Shown: positions 24,461 to 37,499 of the stretch, one piece after another | Layout: each line of letters begins with the position of its first letter | How positions within the stretch are numbered: position 1 is the first letter of the stretch | DNA from: Raillietiella orientalis | Lineage: Eukaryota | Direction: 5' to 3' | Length of the DNA: 64,000 bases | NCBI GenBank assembly: GCA_036172245.1 | Contig: JAYWIR010000042.1 | Span: forward strand, 1,302,001-1,366,000 | Program-made: the position numbers and the translations under genes | Notes under the pieces: model-generated | The model's input: only the letters and a program-made list of their open reading frames with translations | Database searches by the model: none | Told to the model about the DNA's origin: nothing

Positions 24461-25499
24461 CAAAAAAAAACAAACAAACAAACCAAAAAAAAAAAAAAAA
24501 GCGCGGGAAGCTTGGAAACGAGACCTCGCGCCCGGATTCTTCGTGACCGACGGAGAGCACGGCCTGGCAGCGGACTCCACGGTCTCCACGGCTTCTGGAG
24601 AGAGACCCGAGTGAAGTTCTTCGACGCGCGTCGCCCCAAACATCCATCCGCGACTGCGAAGGCTTTTGCGCGGGAACGGGATGCATCCCATCCTGCACCC
24701 CGGTCTTTTTCCCCGAGGCACTTGAAGAAGGCAGCAGCAGCATCCGCCAAACAAGAAAAACAAAAAAAACCCACCGTTCCCTCGGGAAAAACACTGTTTC
24801 CGACCCGCAAGCCCCGGAAGCCAGGAAAGGGTGTTTCGGAAAGAAGGTGCCGCTGGGCAGCCGGGATGTGTGCAGCATCTCTATGCGATACGGCGGCCCG
24901 CGGACTCGCTCACGGTCGGATGTTGTGAAATTCGTTTCTTCTGACGGAGCACACCCGCGCGGGAGGCTCTCCGCTTCGAAGGGAGTTTGCGAAACCTTTG
25001 CGCTTCCGAACTCTGCGACGAAGATTTCTCCGAGCGCTTTCCCAGGAATTTCCCCCTTCGGTGCCGCCGCAGATTGCAGTTCGAGCAGCCACCGTGCGAG
25101 CTCTTCTGCTGGAGCAGAGTGCAGGTCCAAGGTCCTGCTGCGACGGGAACTTCACGGTGCAGCAGCATTCCCGTGGTCTCACAAGAGGCTATTTCTCTCT
25201 CTCTCTCTCCTTCCTCTCCCCTCCCACTTCCCCATCCGTGCTTTTCGGTTCATAGCTCAAGCAGCCAGGAAGAGAGCATGCCTTCTGGGGATCCACGTTT
25301 TCCCTGTGGGGAGCATGGGATGGGAGTGGGGCATTTTCCGAGTCCCGATCCAAACCTACCTCAAGCCAAATGAAAGAAGCGACAACAGCACCGATGAAAG
25401 AAAGACCGGCGGATTCAAACAACCCCCCTTGTCTTAGGGATCCTGCACCGGGGAGGTTCTCTTGTGGATCGAAATGCACCTGCCATCCAAAAGGAACCA

Positions 25500-25529
<30 letters not shown>

Positions 25530-25531
<2 letters not shown>

Positions 25532-25770
25532 CGAAAGGACGCTCAGGTGTTTGCTGCTGCGCTTCCCACGCAATGAAGCGATTGGGAAAGCCGTCATGCC
25601 CTCCTTCCCGTTCCTCTCTGCAGCATGATCTCTGAAGGCATTGCGGAAGGAGCATCTGGAAAATCACTACCCCAGCAAGCGGGCAAACAGGGAAGGAAAA
25701 GCCTCGCCCTTGGGAAACAGAGGTGAAGCTTTTGTCTGGGGAAGAGGAGGAGCGCCATCGAATCGCCATC
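25530..25770 (+). pseudogene. H2B-like relic
   Basis: ISEGIAEGAS (IFERIAGEAS); ETEVKLLSGE (QTAVRLLLPGE). Confidence 0.58.
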
Positions 25771-26079
25771 TCTTCTGACCAGTCGTCATGGAGTGGTGCT
25801 GCTTCGCCACGATCCTGGTGGGACAAGGAGAACTGGCTAGCGAAAAGGCAGGATCCTGGATTTCGCCTCCCGCGGAAAAGGGCGTGTTGTCAGGGATTGC
25901 AGATGCTCAGGGGGAGGGGGAGATGGCCTGACGCGGTCTCGGCGAGGAAATGCTGAACAGGCACCAAATGAGCCGATGTTTTTGTCTTTTCCACGACTTT
26001 GTGAAGAAATCAGATTCGGCTCAAACTTCGGTCGTTCGTTGCAAGACCACTGCGTCCCTCTCAGCGGTCGATCATTTGG

Positions 26080-26290
26080 TGTTCTCATTTTGCGCAACGA
26101 CGCGAATACTGGGGGAGCGCTAAAGGCGTTCTCTTCCACTTTCGTTCTTTAGACTCAACCTCAGGAAAGGGTGCTCCTTCGTTTCCTGGAGCAAAGGTTC
26201 TTTTCTTCACTGATACTCTCCCGAGCTCCGGACGTCCAGGGAAGCACTCCCAGGCCTGCGTTGGATGCCATCACCGGTCTTGTGATCGAT
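26080..26290 (+). pseudogene. H4-like relic
   Basis: TGGALKAFS (RGG-VKRIS); RVLLRFLE (GVLKVFLE); PALDAITGL (TAMDVVYAL). Confidence 0.48.
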
Positions 26291-26479
26291 TCTGACCTTC
26301 GATTCTTTGCTCCTCCCACGGACATTGAGAAACCTTTTTGCTCTAAAGTGCACGTTTAGCTTTTCCTGCATCCCTCGGTCTTCATCTTCCTCTCCAGTCC
26401 CATTGATACCTTTTACACTTACGTCCTTTAAGGAGTAGTGCCGTTTCCCCTTCGAGTGCGAAGGGTATTTTCTCCTACC

Positions 26480-26690
26480 GTCGGCACAGTCCCTTCCGCT
26501 CCGGAAGTTTTCCTCCTTCCCAGGATACCGTTATGTTTGGGACTCGTGCTTCGAGCAAGAAGAAAAAAACACACGCAGGCAGCACGCAGCGCCACGTCAG
26601 CACAGAAACGCAGCTGCGATTTCGCCAAGGAAGAGCACTCTTCGACTCCTCGACAAGATCACGCACGATGTGATTCCCCGTTTGCCAGGA
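26480..26690 (-). pseudogene. H3-like relic
   Basis: IVRDLVEESKS (LVREIAQDFKT); KSQLRF (KTDLRF). Confidence 0.5.
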
Positions 26691-26829
26691 GAATTTCATT
26701 CTCCGCTTTGTTAACTGGAAGGAGTCACTGCGCCTGTAGCCGGGGGAGGGCTACTGGGTAGTCAACGCCGCGGAATCGTGGGGGTTGAGCTCTGCTATGG
26801 AGTTCGCTCTTCAGCACCTTTCGCTATAA

Positions 26830-27240
26830 ACACAATGAAATCCAAAGATGCATTCGTCGACTCCACTCTGGCGGGCCGTGTGGCCACGTGAGGCAACCAA
26901 ATGCGTCTTCCAATGCACCTGGAGTTCGGATGCGGCGAAATGGGATCCGTCGGCAGGGAGGATTTGAACTCACATCCCAGCACTTGGGATTCCTCATCTT
27001 TGGGAAGCCCGCGACCGCGATCCCGCACGATCCCTCTGGTATTCAGCACGCCTGTGCTGCAAATGTGCTGCCGTACGACCAGCTACCTATGCGTCTATCG
27101 AGCCGTCTGGGGTCAGCCTTCTGGATCGCGTCACCTGAAGCTACAACCTGTCACGCAAAAGACACAAGAGTGACGAAAGCCGCCTTCTGCATGGATGGAG
27201 CCGTGCGCACGCGTCAGCACTCGCAGCAGTGACTCCATCA
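26830..27240 (+). mobile_element. LINE ORF2 C-terminal remnant
   Basis: NEIQRCIRRLHSGG...GCGEM resembles the 63.5 kb copy (NEAL...LHHRG...ACGEM). Confidence 0.4.
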
Positions 27241-27409
27241 CTAACTTCAAGGAACGCTTGTGGCTCATTGGTCGCTACTTCACCTCTCGAGAAGATTTCT
27301 CGTGAAAAGGATCTCCGGGCAGCTCAACCTTTTTAGAAAAGAGGATTCTGGTCTTGATGTAATCTTCCGGAACAGGGCAGGCTCTTCGGTGTCGAAGCCT
27401 CTGGGGAAG

Positions 27410-28210
27410 CTGTGATGAGAGCTCCAAGGTCGACCGATCGCCCGTCTGCTGCCCTGTTTCAGTAGCTTTCGTCATGGCATGTGACGGGCATGCCCTTTTG
27501 CTTTCCTGGAACCGTCGGGAGCAGCCAGAAGGACCCTGAGAAAAGAAGGAATGCTTTCTCCTTCTGCGAACTGACTCGTTTTCTTCCTGCGGCCCCATGT
27601 GCGAGTTCCCTCAGATCCCGGAACCGAACGACTCTGGACACAGGAGCTTCCGTCATCTGCCTCTCCCCCTTCTCTTTCTCCGCAGAGTCTGCTTCTCGGC
27701 TCTGCTGCCTACACCGCACGCGCGTGAGTGGCCGTCCACATCCGCAATTGGCCTCGAGCAGATCCGCAGCAGCCAGAGCTGCCGCAGCTCTCGACACAGC
27801 CATTTTCCTCCCGAATCGCCTTTGGGAGCAGCATCCTTCTTCCGGGAGGCCTGCAACAGCTCCACCGTGCCGTCTCCTTGCAGAGCATTCGTCAGTGAGA
27901 AGAAGGAGAAGGAGATGAAGGAGGAAGAATGAAACGAGACAGAACGGAACTCCGCCATCTTCGAGTTTGACCTGTCGCCGCAGTCTTTCTCTGACTTGTC
28001 ATCGAGACTGGCGCGATGGCAGCCCACGAGGAAAGCCGAGACAGCAACTCCTCCAGGACCCCATTCTTCATCCAGTCATTCCTCCTCCTTCCCATCCTGC
28101 ATTCTGTGGCGACCGTCTCTGTAGGAAACCATCGCTTCCCACCTGCCAACGGTAGCTGTAGAAACTAAGGAGACTCTACTTATCAACCGAAGCAGCCCTC
28201 GGTATCTTTT
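27410..28210 (-). pseudogene. Head-to-tail H4 / possible H3 / H4 relics
   Basis: KRYRGLLR (KRHRKVLR), GVLEELL (GVLKVFL) and QRKTA at 28210-27960; LRELAHGAAGRKRVS (IRRLARRGGVKRIS) at about 27620-27570. Confidence 0.52.
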
Positions 28211-29269
28211 GCTCCTCACCGTATCCTCGCAGAAAGAGAGCAGTGTAGTTACACCATCCTCTGACCTCTCCGATGACCCACTCAGTGACACCGAGGTGCC
28301 GTCGGGAACACCTGTTGCTGACTCCGTTCTCAGGGTCTGCACTCCTGGCACGTACTGCTGCTGGGAGAGCGAGCGGAGGTCTCCTGGGAACGGCGACCCA
28401 GCGACCCCGCAAGACACGATGTTCTATCGGTGGAAGGATGGGTTCCTTATCTGTCATCCTCCTGTTTCTTCCGGGAAGGTGGAAGAGGAGCAGCAGCATG
28501 ATAGCTGCCCGCAATGACCAATTCGTGGCTCGTTCCACAGCAACCGCTGCGGCGGGGGTCACCAGGAAGATTGCCAGCGCAGGGAGGTCGGCGTTCGCGA
28601 CCATGAACGCCGGCAGCTCCTCCTTTTCTCCGAGCCGCTCGGTTGCGCCTTTCCAGGAGCCGACGGTCGCAGGCGAGCTGGAGGAGAAAAGGGGAAGATG
28701 AGACGAGTTTCCGGGACTCCCTCAGAAACGGCTCGCTGGTCCCTGCTGCATTTTACCTCAGGAGCTTCTCTCCGGCCCCACCGCACTCCCGCTCACCTGC
28801 CTGAGGGACAGACCTCTTCCTCCTGCCCTGCGTACTTCACCCACTCATCTTCACCCCCTCTGGAGTTCATCTCTTTTCCGTTTGTCTTCCTTTCCTCCTA
28901 CGTCACGTAACCTCCCCCTCCCGCGCTCACTTCGCTTACTGAGACGTTGCATTTTCTTCCTCCTCCACCCCTCTCTCCACTGGAGTGCCGAAGCAGCAAA
29001 ATCGCACCGCGCCATGGGACCTTGGCTGCCACGATGGAATTCCGAAAAGGTACGGAAAACCGCTCAAGGGGGAGGAATCCCCCACACACGAAGATGTGGC
29101 AAAAGGAAAAGAAGTTTTCTGGGGATGACCATCAGCAAGCAAGCTGGCTTCCAAGGAAGTAGGGAACGAAGGGAAGGGGCAACAAACAAACAAAAAAGAA
29201 GAGGGTCCTTGGTTTCAATCGTTCCTTTCTTCCGGAAGCGGCTGCGTATGATGGCGACCTCCATGATAG

Positions 29270-30200
29270 CTTCTTGTAGGTAAGGCCATCTCGCAGCCGC
29301 CCTCGTCAAGGCGGCTGCCATCCGGGAGGCCTTCCTTCGCTGCGAACGAGACGCCATGGGGATGGCGGGCTGGGATGGCGGTGCGCGCGGATGCGGCGTC
29401 TCGTCTCGCTCGCGGCGCCCTCCGTCAGCCCGCCTTGCGCGAGGAAGAGACGCCAGCTTGGATCCTGGAACAAGTCGGAGGTGCAGGTCCAACCCGGGAT
29501 CCAGGCGCCTGCGCTGGTTGTGCCGGAATCTCCCCAGTGCAAAATCGCCCGTCTCGTTCCTTCTAGAAAGGAAAAAGCAACACCCGGGAAGAGTCCCAAA
29601 CGGGTGGGAGGGGACATGATAATGAATGAATGAGGACAGGGTCACGGAACCCCGATGAGCACAGGACAGGTTACCGGTGTCGGCGGTCGTTCCTTCCTTT
29701 CGAGCCGCCAGCGATCTCCTCCTGGACTTCCTCTTCCAGGTGGGACCACCTCGCAGCCGTCCTCATGAAGGCGTCGGCTGCCACGCGGGCGTGACCTCCG
29801 TTCGCCTCCGTCATGCGCCTCCAGCTCGCGGCGGGGGCCGCAACGATGGCGCGGGCGCAACACGTCGTCGCCATCTCTGCACCAAGCGAGAGGGTGGGCT
29901 CCGCGCGCGAAGAACCGCCGCGGCAGGACGGCGCGGACGGCGCCCTCCCGTCTCTGGAGGAGCGCCAAAGTCCACCCTTCGCCACGGTCCGAGGTGGGCG
30001 GCGCCGCTGTCGAGATGCCGGTGCGGGAGCGATTCCGCCGACCCGCCCTCGGCACAGTTCGGAGACGCATCTCCCCCCCGGAGACCAAGCGCCTGCGCTG
30101 CTTCGCACCCGAATCCCGCCAGTGCAGAAACGGCAGGACATCCCGTTCCCACGTTAATGGGAGCACTTCCGCGTTCCCATTAAGATGAAGAAGGGATCGC
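29270..30200 (-). mobile_element. Two tandem LINE ORF2 C-terminal remnants
   Basis: ILHWGDSG...AARWPYL and FLHWRDSG...AARWSHL correspond to the LHWDLP...TRWPHL blocks of the 2.8-3.3 kb copy. Confidence 0.6.
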
Positions 30201-31249
30201 AAGTCACGACTGGGAGACCGACCAAGCTGCTCCACCTAAGGAGTCCCTTCGCCCGAGAACGAGGCGTGGAGGCGTCCACCGACGCGTTCGCCTTGCAGCC
30301 GTCCAGGAGTTTCTCGACTCCTGAGATGCTGAGGGAGAACTGCCACCCGGCCGGTTGACTGCTTTCGTCGCTTGCCCTGAGGGCAGGCAGTGCTGCGGCA
30401 AGGGCTATGATGGCTATCCAGGACTTTTTTTTTTTTTTTTTGAGTGGGGGGAAGGGAGGCAGGGGTGACAGCCGCTCCCGAGGCAGATCTTTCTGGCAGA
30501 CTTTCCTCTCTCCCTCTTCCTCCCTCTCCCTTCCAGGCCTTTCGAGCGCTGGCGTGCTTTCATTAAGTGCTTTTTGGCACGGGCTCGCGCGCTGAGAGTC
30601 CTCTCCCTCTTTGGGTGACACTCACCTACCCCTCGATCGCAGCCTCTATCCGGTTCCCACCTTCCTGACTCTCTATTTTTTCTTTCTTTTGCTTGGTCTC
30701 CTTCCTCGCGTGCGAGTCTTCTACCTTCTGGTTGCCAGGATATGCATGCGGAGAACCTGAATCGTGGCGTTCGGTTCCCATCCTGCATGGAGATGCTAGC
30801 CTCGTGCTTATCGGACGCCCCACCCCTCCCCCCGGTTCCTGACTCAAATCCCCGGGGATCGGTATGCCCAGGAGGAACTAGTGAGCCGAACGAGAAGGAA
30901 GGGAGGAGCGAAGGAGGGTAAGAGGACATGACCTCGGACGTGCAGCGACTGCCCGCACCTAGCCAATCTTCGCAGGAGACGCGTATGGTTGGCTCTGAGT
31001 CTCAAGGTGGCATGGGGAGCTTCGAGTGCGCGCGAGGGGACGTCCGAAAACCGAGTCCGGACCGATTCTGCCCTCTCGGGCGCTCCTGCCTTTCGGGCAC
31101 GCGCATTGAAAAGCAAGGATGAAATACTCTCCCTCCCCCGCTGGAGATACCGCGGCCCACAACCCGAGGACCGATCCGGAGAAAACGAAGCAGCAGCCTC
31201 TCTGAGCCGTGGAGAAAATCCCTGTGCCCGATGGGGCGTCGGCGACGGG

Positions 31250-32070
31250 CTGTTGCCGCCGGATGAGCGAGCGCATACCTGGTCAGTTGGGAGAGGCTCC
31301 AGAGAGCGCGGTGGGAACGGGTTGCGCGCGCACTCCGGCAAGGGCGCGGAGGGAGAGAAGCAGAGGAAGCGGTGGGGGAGGGGAGGAGTCGGAGGAAGCG
31401 CTCGACACTCCCTGCTCCGAGGCGAATCGCTCTCGGTCGTCCCGATACTCCCTCCCGGCACGACCTCCGGCGCGCCGGGAGGGAGACGAGAAGCCACTTC
31501 ACTCCACCGCTGCCGATCGCTCGCGATCCGAAAGTGCGTGCGCCGCCGACCTTTTCTTCCCATCCGCGCGGAGCTCGAGGAGAGCGGGAGTGGTGGCGCG
31601 GGCGCGGTGCAGCCCGTCGCTTCCCGGAAGCTCCAGCCCTTTCCGTCGCTGCCCTGCGACGTCTCGGTCACTCGAGTTTTCCGCTGCGCCGTCCCGCGAC
31701 GGTCGACGCGTCGCTTGCATTCCGGACGAGCAGCCCCGAGCGAAAGCGGCCCCTGCGCTTCCTGCAGGGTCCTCTCTTCGAGGGTAGGAGCATCCCGGTC
31801 TGCCACATGCGTGGGCGTGCGCGGAATGCACGAAGGTTTCCTGTAGCTCCTGCGGCGCGCCGTTTCAGCACGTGCAGCAGTCGCGTTCCTGGAGGGAGCT
31901 TCGTGCTGCTGGTGGTCCCTTGCTGCCCCTTCATTTCGCACTTTTCGCACCTTCGCTGGAACCAGTTCGGATCCCACCCCTTCCGTCTCTTAGGTGAAGA
32001 GAGCCCACCAGAAAGCAAGCAGTGCAAAGGTAGTCGTGGCTTCTTCCGCCGGAAGCGCCCTGCTTGCCAC
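31250..32070 (-). pseudogene. Head-to-tail H3-like (32070-31620) and H2B-like (31570-31250) relics
   Basis: PPGTRLLHVLKR (RPGTVALREIRR), TLQEA (ALQEA); then DGKKRS (DGKKRK), EVVPGGSI (QVHPDTGI), QLTRYAL (ELAKHAV). Confidence 0.5.
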
Positions 32071-32299
32071 CCAACTCTCATTCCCAGTCTCATTCTCAGT
32101 TCGCCTTGAGTGACGCCTTTGAGAAGGGAAAACTTTCTCTGACTGCCATGAGATGACGCACCCAAGCTTAGCGTTGTTTCGTCGTCACGACAAACAGGGC
32201 GAGCCGATGTTTGTGGCCAACAGATGTGGCTCACCAAATAGCCTTAATGTGATGCGTGGATTATGCTTTACCTTTCAGCCACGCCAGTCGTAACAGCAA

Positions 32300-35200
32300 A
32301 CGGCAAATGGCCACTGAAAAAGATAAGGCAAATTTTTTCGCTCCAGAAAAGGAAGAAATGTCAGAACTGGAAGAAGAGGAGGAAAACACGTAAGTAGTAC
32401 AGCATTCACAGCCAAGAGCGGATGGATGATGTGGTGATGACACTTGTGGCGGCGTTCGCGAAACAGCGGACACCGCAGATTGGTTTTGGTCTTCCGGATT
32501 TGTCGCCACTTCAGCGACCGAGCGTGCAGTTGCATTCTCTTCGCTGGTAGGTCAACCTGAAGGTTGGCTGCGTACGCATTTGTCTCCCATGTCGGAAGAG
32601 GATTCGTCCAATCGGCATAGCAAACTGACACTTGCTGTCGTTCCTTGACTGTGCAGCATTTTGAGACAGATGGCAATGCTGTCGAGCAAAGCAAGGTTCC
32701 CACCCTTTGCTCTCCTATTCCCTTTTTTTTTTCTTTCCCTTCTCCCCAACGAGGGGGGAAGATGCATTCGCGGAGAGAAATTCCGAGAACAAATTTGGAT
32801 AAACGAGAAAACAATGAAGTAAATCCGGAAAGAACACCAGAAAACGACGATTGGAAGAACATCAGATGATTGGAAAATCACGTGTCATTGGGTCGTTGTC
32901 CAATGGAATCTTTTCTATCAAATAGACCAACTCTAAAAACGCACTCACGCTCATCTAGATTCGTTTTCCTGACGGGAAAACACTTTCGAAGCAGAACACC
33001 CAGCTCGTGGAACTCCAGATGTTTTCAACGTGGTTGTTTTTCGAGGGAGTTATTCCCTGATTAACTTACGGATTCATTTTCTCGGTGATCTGGACAGCTC
33101 GCGAGCTCACGAGAGGCGATTCAGACACAAGGAGCATCGGAAAGGAGTATGTCTTGGGTCGAGGAGATCCTGTGCTCCTAACCCGTTCCTTCTTGCCCTC
33201 AGGTGCGTGCTACAGAGAGATCGGAGGAGATATCGGAATGCGCGCAGGCCAAAGCAAGCACTCTTCTTCGCGTGCTAGAATCACCCATGTCTGCGTAGGG
33301 GGGTTTCCCCTGTAGCCACATCGCCATCTGCCATCATCAGCCCATCTTTCTCATTAGGAGACCTTCAGTTCGCATAGGGTTTCCAAGGGTGGTCGCTACC
33401 GTTTCCGTTGCTATAGTCACATTGCTCACTACTCTTCAAGCAACCAGGCTTCCACGTGACAGCATTCGCGAGGTCCCAAGTGCATCGTCCTATCAGCGAC
33501 AAATAACAGATGAATTGTGTTTTCCTAATCTCTCCCCGCTTGCCGAATGGATTCGGTTGGAAAATACGTATCCATGGTGAAAGATGGAACTGTGAGGAAC
33601 ACACCTTTCTCTATCTCCGCATCAGAATTTCCTTCATTCTAGCCACGAAAACACAGTTCCACGGAGAGTAGTAGTACCAGGGGAGATAAGGGTCAGTGTC
33701 CTTTGACTATGAGTTAATTCAGCTGGACACGGTATCCGAGCCATGAGTCCTGACGTCAGAGAACAAAATACTTCATTCGCGTCTGCTCCGCGGAAACAGG
33801 AAACGGACTTGGGAGTCCATTGGGACGTATGAAGTCGTATAAACACACCTCCATTAATTGATGGCGATGGAAGTTCTGGATCAGAGATTTTCAGCTTTTT
33901 TTCTTTTTTTCCCATGGAAATGAAAAGGAGGTTAAGAAGCTGTCTGCTATATGCTTCGAGTATGTGAAATTCCTTGAGATCACGAAACTTTATGCTCGGC
34001 AGGCAGAAGTCGACAGATGGAAGTTGATGACGGCTAGAACACTCGGCTAGAATCGGCAGCATCTTCCTTACAGACATCCGATAGAGACAAGGTTCTCAGA
34101 ATTCGTAGAAAAAAAAAAACTTTCTGAGCATCTTCTCGAAAATGGTGTTCAGAGGATAGTGGCAAGCGATAAAGGCAATTGATACGATGGTGGGAGTCTA
34201 CCAAGATCCAGTTTTGGTAAACCGCTGATCAAGGGAGGAGAAACGGCGATTGAAAATGAAAATTTGGACCAAAAAGGTTCATCTTCTTGTGTGAGAAGTT
34301 CCAGTGGATTTAGTCCAGTTTCAACATTTTTGGGCAGTACTTTTGTTTCCTGTGTGCAAATCGATTTCGATAATGATGGGAACAATTAATATGGGAGTTG
34401 AGGCGAACAGGATGATAGTAATGGGTGTATGATTGATGGAGGAGATGGATAAAGACACAGGAATTGAGAAAACCAAGCTTCTCATGATCATTCCTCTTGT
34501 TTCATGTTGAAGGTTTGTAGAAGATGCTTGTGAGGTGATAGGAAAACGTACACGTACCATCATCATCTTCCTATGTAAAGATACTTGTCAATAAAGTGCA
34601 TAACAGAATAATGCACAGGCTGTTTGATCGGTCGCTCCTTTATGCATTCCTACAAATGTAGAATCCTAACGGCATTTTTTTTGGCCATGAGAATGAGTAG
34701 CAAGAAGAGTAAAACAACCGTCTGCTGGGCCTTGCAAGGTTCGTGACCTAGATGATCTATGGCTCGCATATTTTTCATGTATTACATCCTAGCAGTTTTA
34801 ATGTAGATCGATGTGTTGACACCTGCTTCTTTTATGTCCAGCTGTGACTGAGTACCGAGTGCTTTTGCTTCACGAGTCCACCTCTTGTAAAAAGGATTCG
34901 TGGGTAACCACTGACAGCAGAGGCATTTCCTTCACACTTTTGAAAGATTCGCAGCGTTCCAGAAGACAAGTGCATCCTTCCATGAACACACGGAAAGTGA
35001 ACAAGAGATGGAATGATTTAATCAATTCCAGGTGGGCAGCCTCATTTCTGTTTGGCATCCTCCCACAAAAGCCATGCCACATCATCTCATCCTTTTTCCA
35101 CACCTCCGTTCGAGCTCTCAGCACGAACCCTGCAGATGATCGAGGCAGTCCTTCTACCCTTGAGCTTCGTTTTTCCCGTTTTCTTTATCTTATTGGTTGG

Positions 35201-36200
35201 GAGCCACATCGCGCAAGACGGACTCTGGGGATTTGCAGGCGGGATCTAATTGTTTCTAAGCTACCTGAAGCTGCATGAAGGTTGTCGGTAGCTGCAGAAA
35301 TTGTGTCAACGATCACTCTAGGGAGATGACTTTCAGATCAGCTGCAAAGCTTTTCAATCCGTTTGTGCCGCCACTCCTCGCAACTGCGAAGCACGCTTCA
35401 GCAGCATACGAGAGCTGGTGATACGGGCAGCAGCATCTTTCGTCTGTATCGTCACTCCCGACAGTTCTCCAGCCTCATTTCACACATCGCGTGAATCTGT
35501 TTTTAGTGATCTCGCGCTTCGGGACATCCTTCGGGCATCACAGGGGTTCGGTCGAAAATTAGCAACCAAACGTTGAAAAGACTCAGCAGCGGATCACCCG
35601 GGAAACCTCGCGAGTCCTGTGGACTATCAGAAACACTGAGGGTATCAAAGCGAACGTTTTCCAATTCCATCAACCTTTCTTTTTTCTTTTCTGAGTCTCA
35701 TTCTAGAAGTTCGGGGCACTTTCTGCTGTTTTTCGAAAATGCCTTCCAGCTTTCCTCCCTTCACGTGATTGCCCCGTGACACCGAATGGGCTTTCACCTT
35801 TCTGACTGGAATTCCGCTTTGCTGAGGCATGCTATTCTGCCATTCAGCAACAAGTTTTCTGGGCAACCTTTCATTCTTCAGTTACATCCATTCAGGAAAC
35901 ATGGGCACCCACTCGTGCAGGGGACCTCAGGGATGCACGTCGGGATCCTGGGTTCATCCTTCCTGGACACAGAAATGCTCCGGACTGTCGCGGGATTCTC
36001 GATTCAGATCGGAAACTAGAAACCTTGCGAATGTTTGAAGCCTCAGAAAATATTTTTAGGTCGACCGGGTCGTCTTGGTAACTCGAAGAAGGCAGCGTGG
36101 AATATCTCGTCTCCTTTCCGAAAAATTCCGTTTCTGCAGCAGTCAGGCAGACTCCGGTTCCTTGAAGAACGGATATCGAAAAAGGAAAACGCGCGGGGAC
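32300..36200 (-). mobile_element. Decayed L1/Tx1-like ORF2 containing reverse transcriptase
   Basis: Motifs occur in the expected order: GFVLRARTEVW (GAxxRSR linker, about 35110), KSTG..FW (KSPG, about 34300), LRTLSLSDV (RPISL, about 34090), LLFISMGK (D..KAFD position), TSGL...PC (QG motif), and FVAD at about 33495 (YADD position). The boundaries are uncertain. Confidence 0.65.
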
Positions 36201-36571
36201 ACAAAGCGGATGGTGCTGAGACTGTGCTCGTAGGAAGCTTCTTAAGATGATGATCCGAGATGACTTGCGGTTTTCCTCTCTATGGCACTCTCGCCCCGGC
36301 GAACACAAAGATTTGGTTTCTCCGGAAGCGAGGCCAAACGAAATTGAGGAAAGTGTCGCCGGCTTGCCCAACAGCCACCCTTCGCCGCAGAGTTGTCCTC
36401 CATACGCGAGACATACATGACACTTGCCCGCAGAGATGTCCTGCCAGACCTCGGACAGCCACCATTTTCAACCCATCACGGTGGGGCGTTTCTTCTCCAA
36501 GAAGAAGGAAAACAAACAGGCCATGTGGATGATTAAATCCACTAGTCTTTGAAAAATTCAGTGGAAGAGGA

Positions 36572-37250
36572 AATTGACATCTGGTCAAGCCGGGGCATTT
36601 ATTTATAAAATAATAAACATACATGCCTGTGGCAGGACTTTCGATCCTGCCACGTTACTTATAACTACGAGAAGGAGCCTGCCGGAAACTGGCACGAAGG
36701 CCAGCGGGGTTCGCCTCGACAGCACAGGGGAAGGAGAGACAAACAAAAAAATTAAATAAAATCAAAAAAATCAAAAAATGGGGGGGGGGGGGGTTCGGGA
36801 AGGAATCACTGTGTGCTGGAGGGTGTCCTCTGCGTCCTATGCAGGATGCCGGCAAGTTCCTGTTTCCAGACTCCCAGATGAGGGCATCTTGACGCTATCC
36901 TCATAAAGAGGACAGCAAAGCAGATGGCGTCCCTGTCGTTCTGGCGTTGCTGTCCTATGCAGCCACGGTCCCGCCGCGTAGGCAGCAAAATGCTGCTAGG
37001 GATGCAGCCAGGGTGAGGACGTCGCACAGGAAGAGGCGCTTTCTAACGTCTCTGGCGTTGCCTCCGGGAGTTCCAAGGGTCGAGGCAAAGAGTCCCCAAA
37101 GGGACCAGAGAGCAACACAGTCCACTAGGAGGTGTGGGAGGGATTCCTGCTTTCCGCACCTTGCACAGTTTGGGTCCATCCCTCTTTCTCGTGTCCAATG
37201 ATGCCGGCGGTCGTTGCACGGGAAGCACCAGTGCAGGGGAGGAGGGGGAA
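36572..37250 (-). mobile_element. L1/Tx1-like relic, 3' part
   Basis: DPNCARCGKQESLPHLLVDCVALWSLW is an intact CxxC...H...C motif; the 3' motif is at 36572-36603. Confidence 0.75.
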
Positions 37251-37499
37251 AAAGCGGAAGTTACCGACTTGCAGTCCCGGCTGCACAAAAGGGCAGGAAG
37301 GCTGCAGGGGAGGGGACAATGAACAGGTAAAATAAAGGGGGCATAGGACAGAGTCAGCAGTCACACCCGCCGTGTCGTCTGTAACCTGCGGGCGATGCAG
37401 GTGGCGCGTCTCCGTGACGGACCACTGTTATTTGGCAAACGCCAACAGGTCTCACCACTGCAGAGTCGAGGAGCGTGGTCCTCTCTTGCCGGTGCGCCT

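Noticed and set aside
30844..31977. Long ORFs in the GC-rich region (for example 377 aa here, 356 aa at 18065, 307 aa at 3650, 296 aa at 37498) as genes
   Set aside because: They are Arg/Ser/Pro/Gly-rich, overlap in several frames and show no coherent domain. This is expected in GC-rich DNA, and they overlie decayed relics.
34870..35124. AAHLEL as a BEL/Pao integrase motif
   Set aside because: The neighbouring GFVLRAR..W and the downstream RT motifs fit an L1/Tx1 ORF2 better; no LTRs or DDE context were seen.
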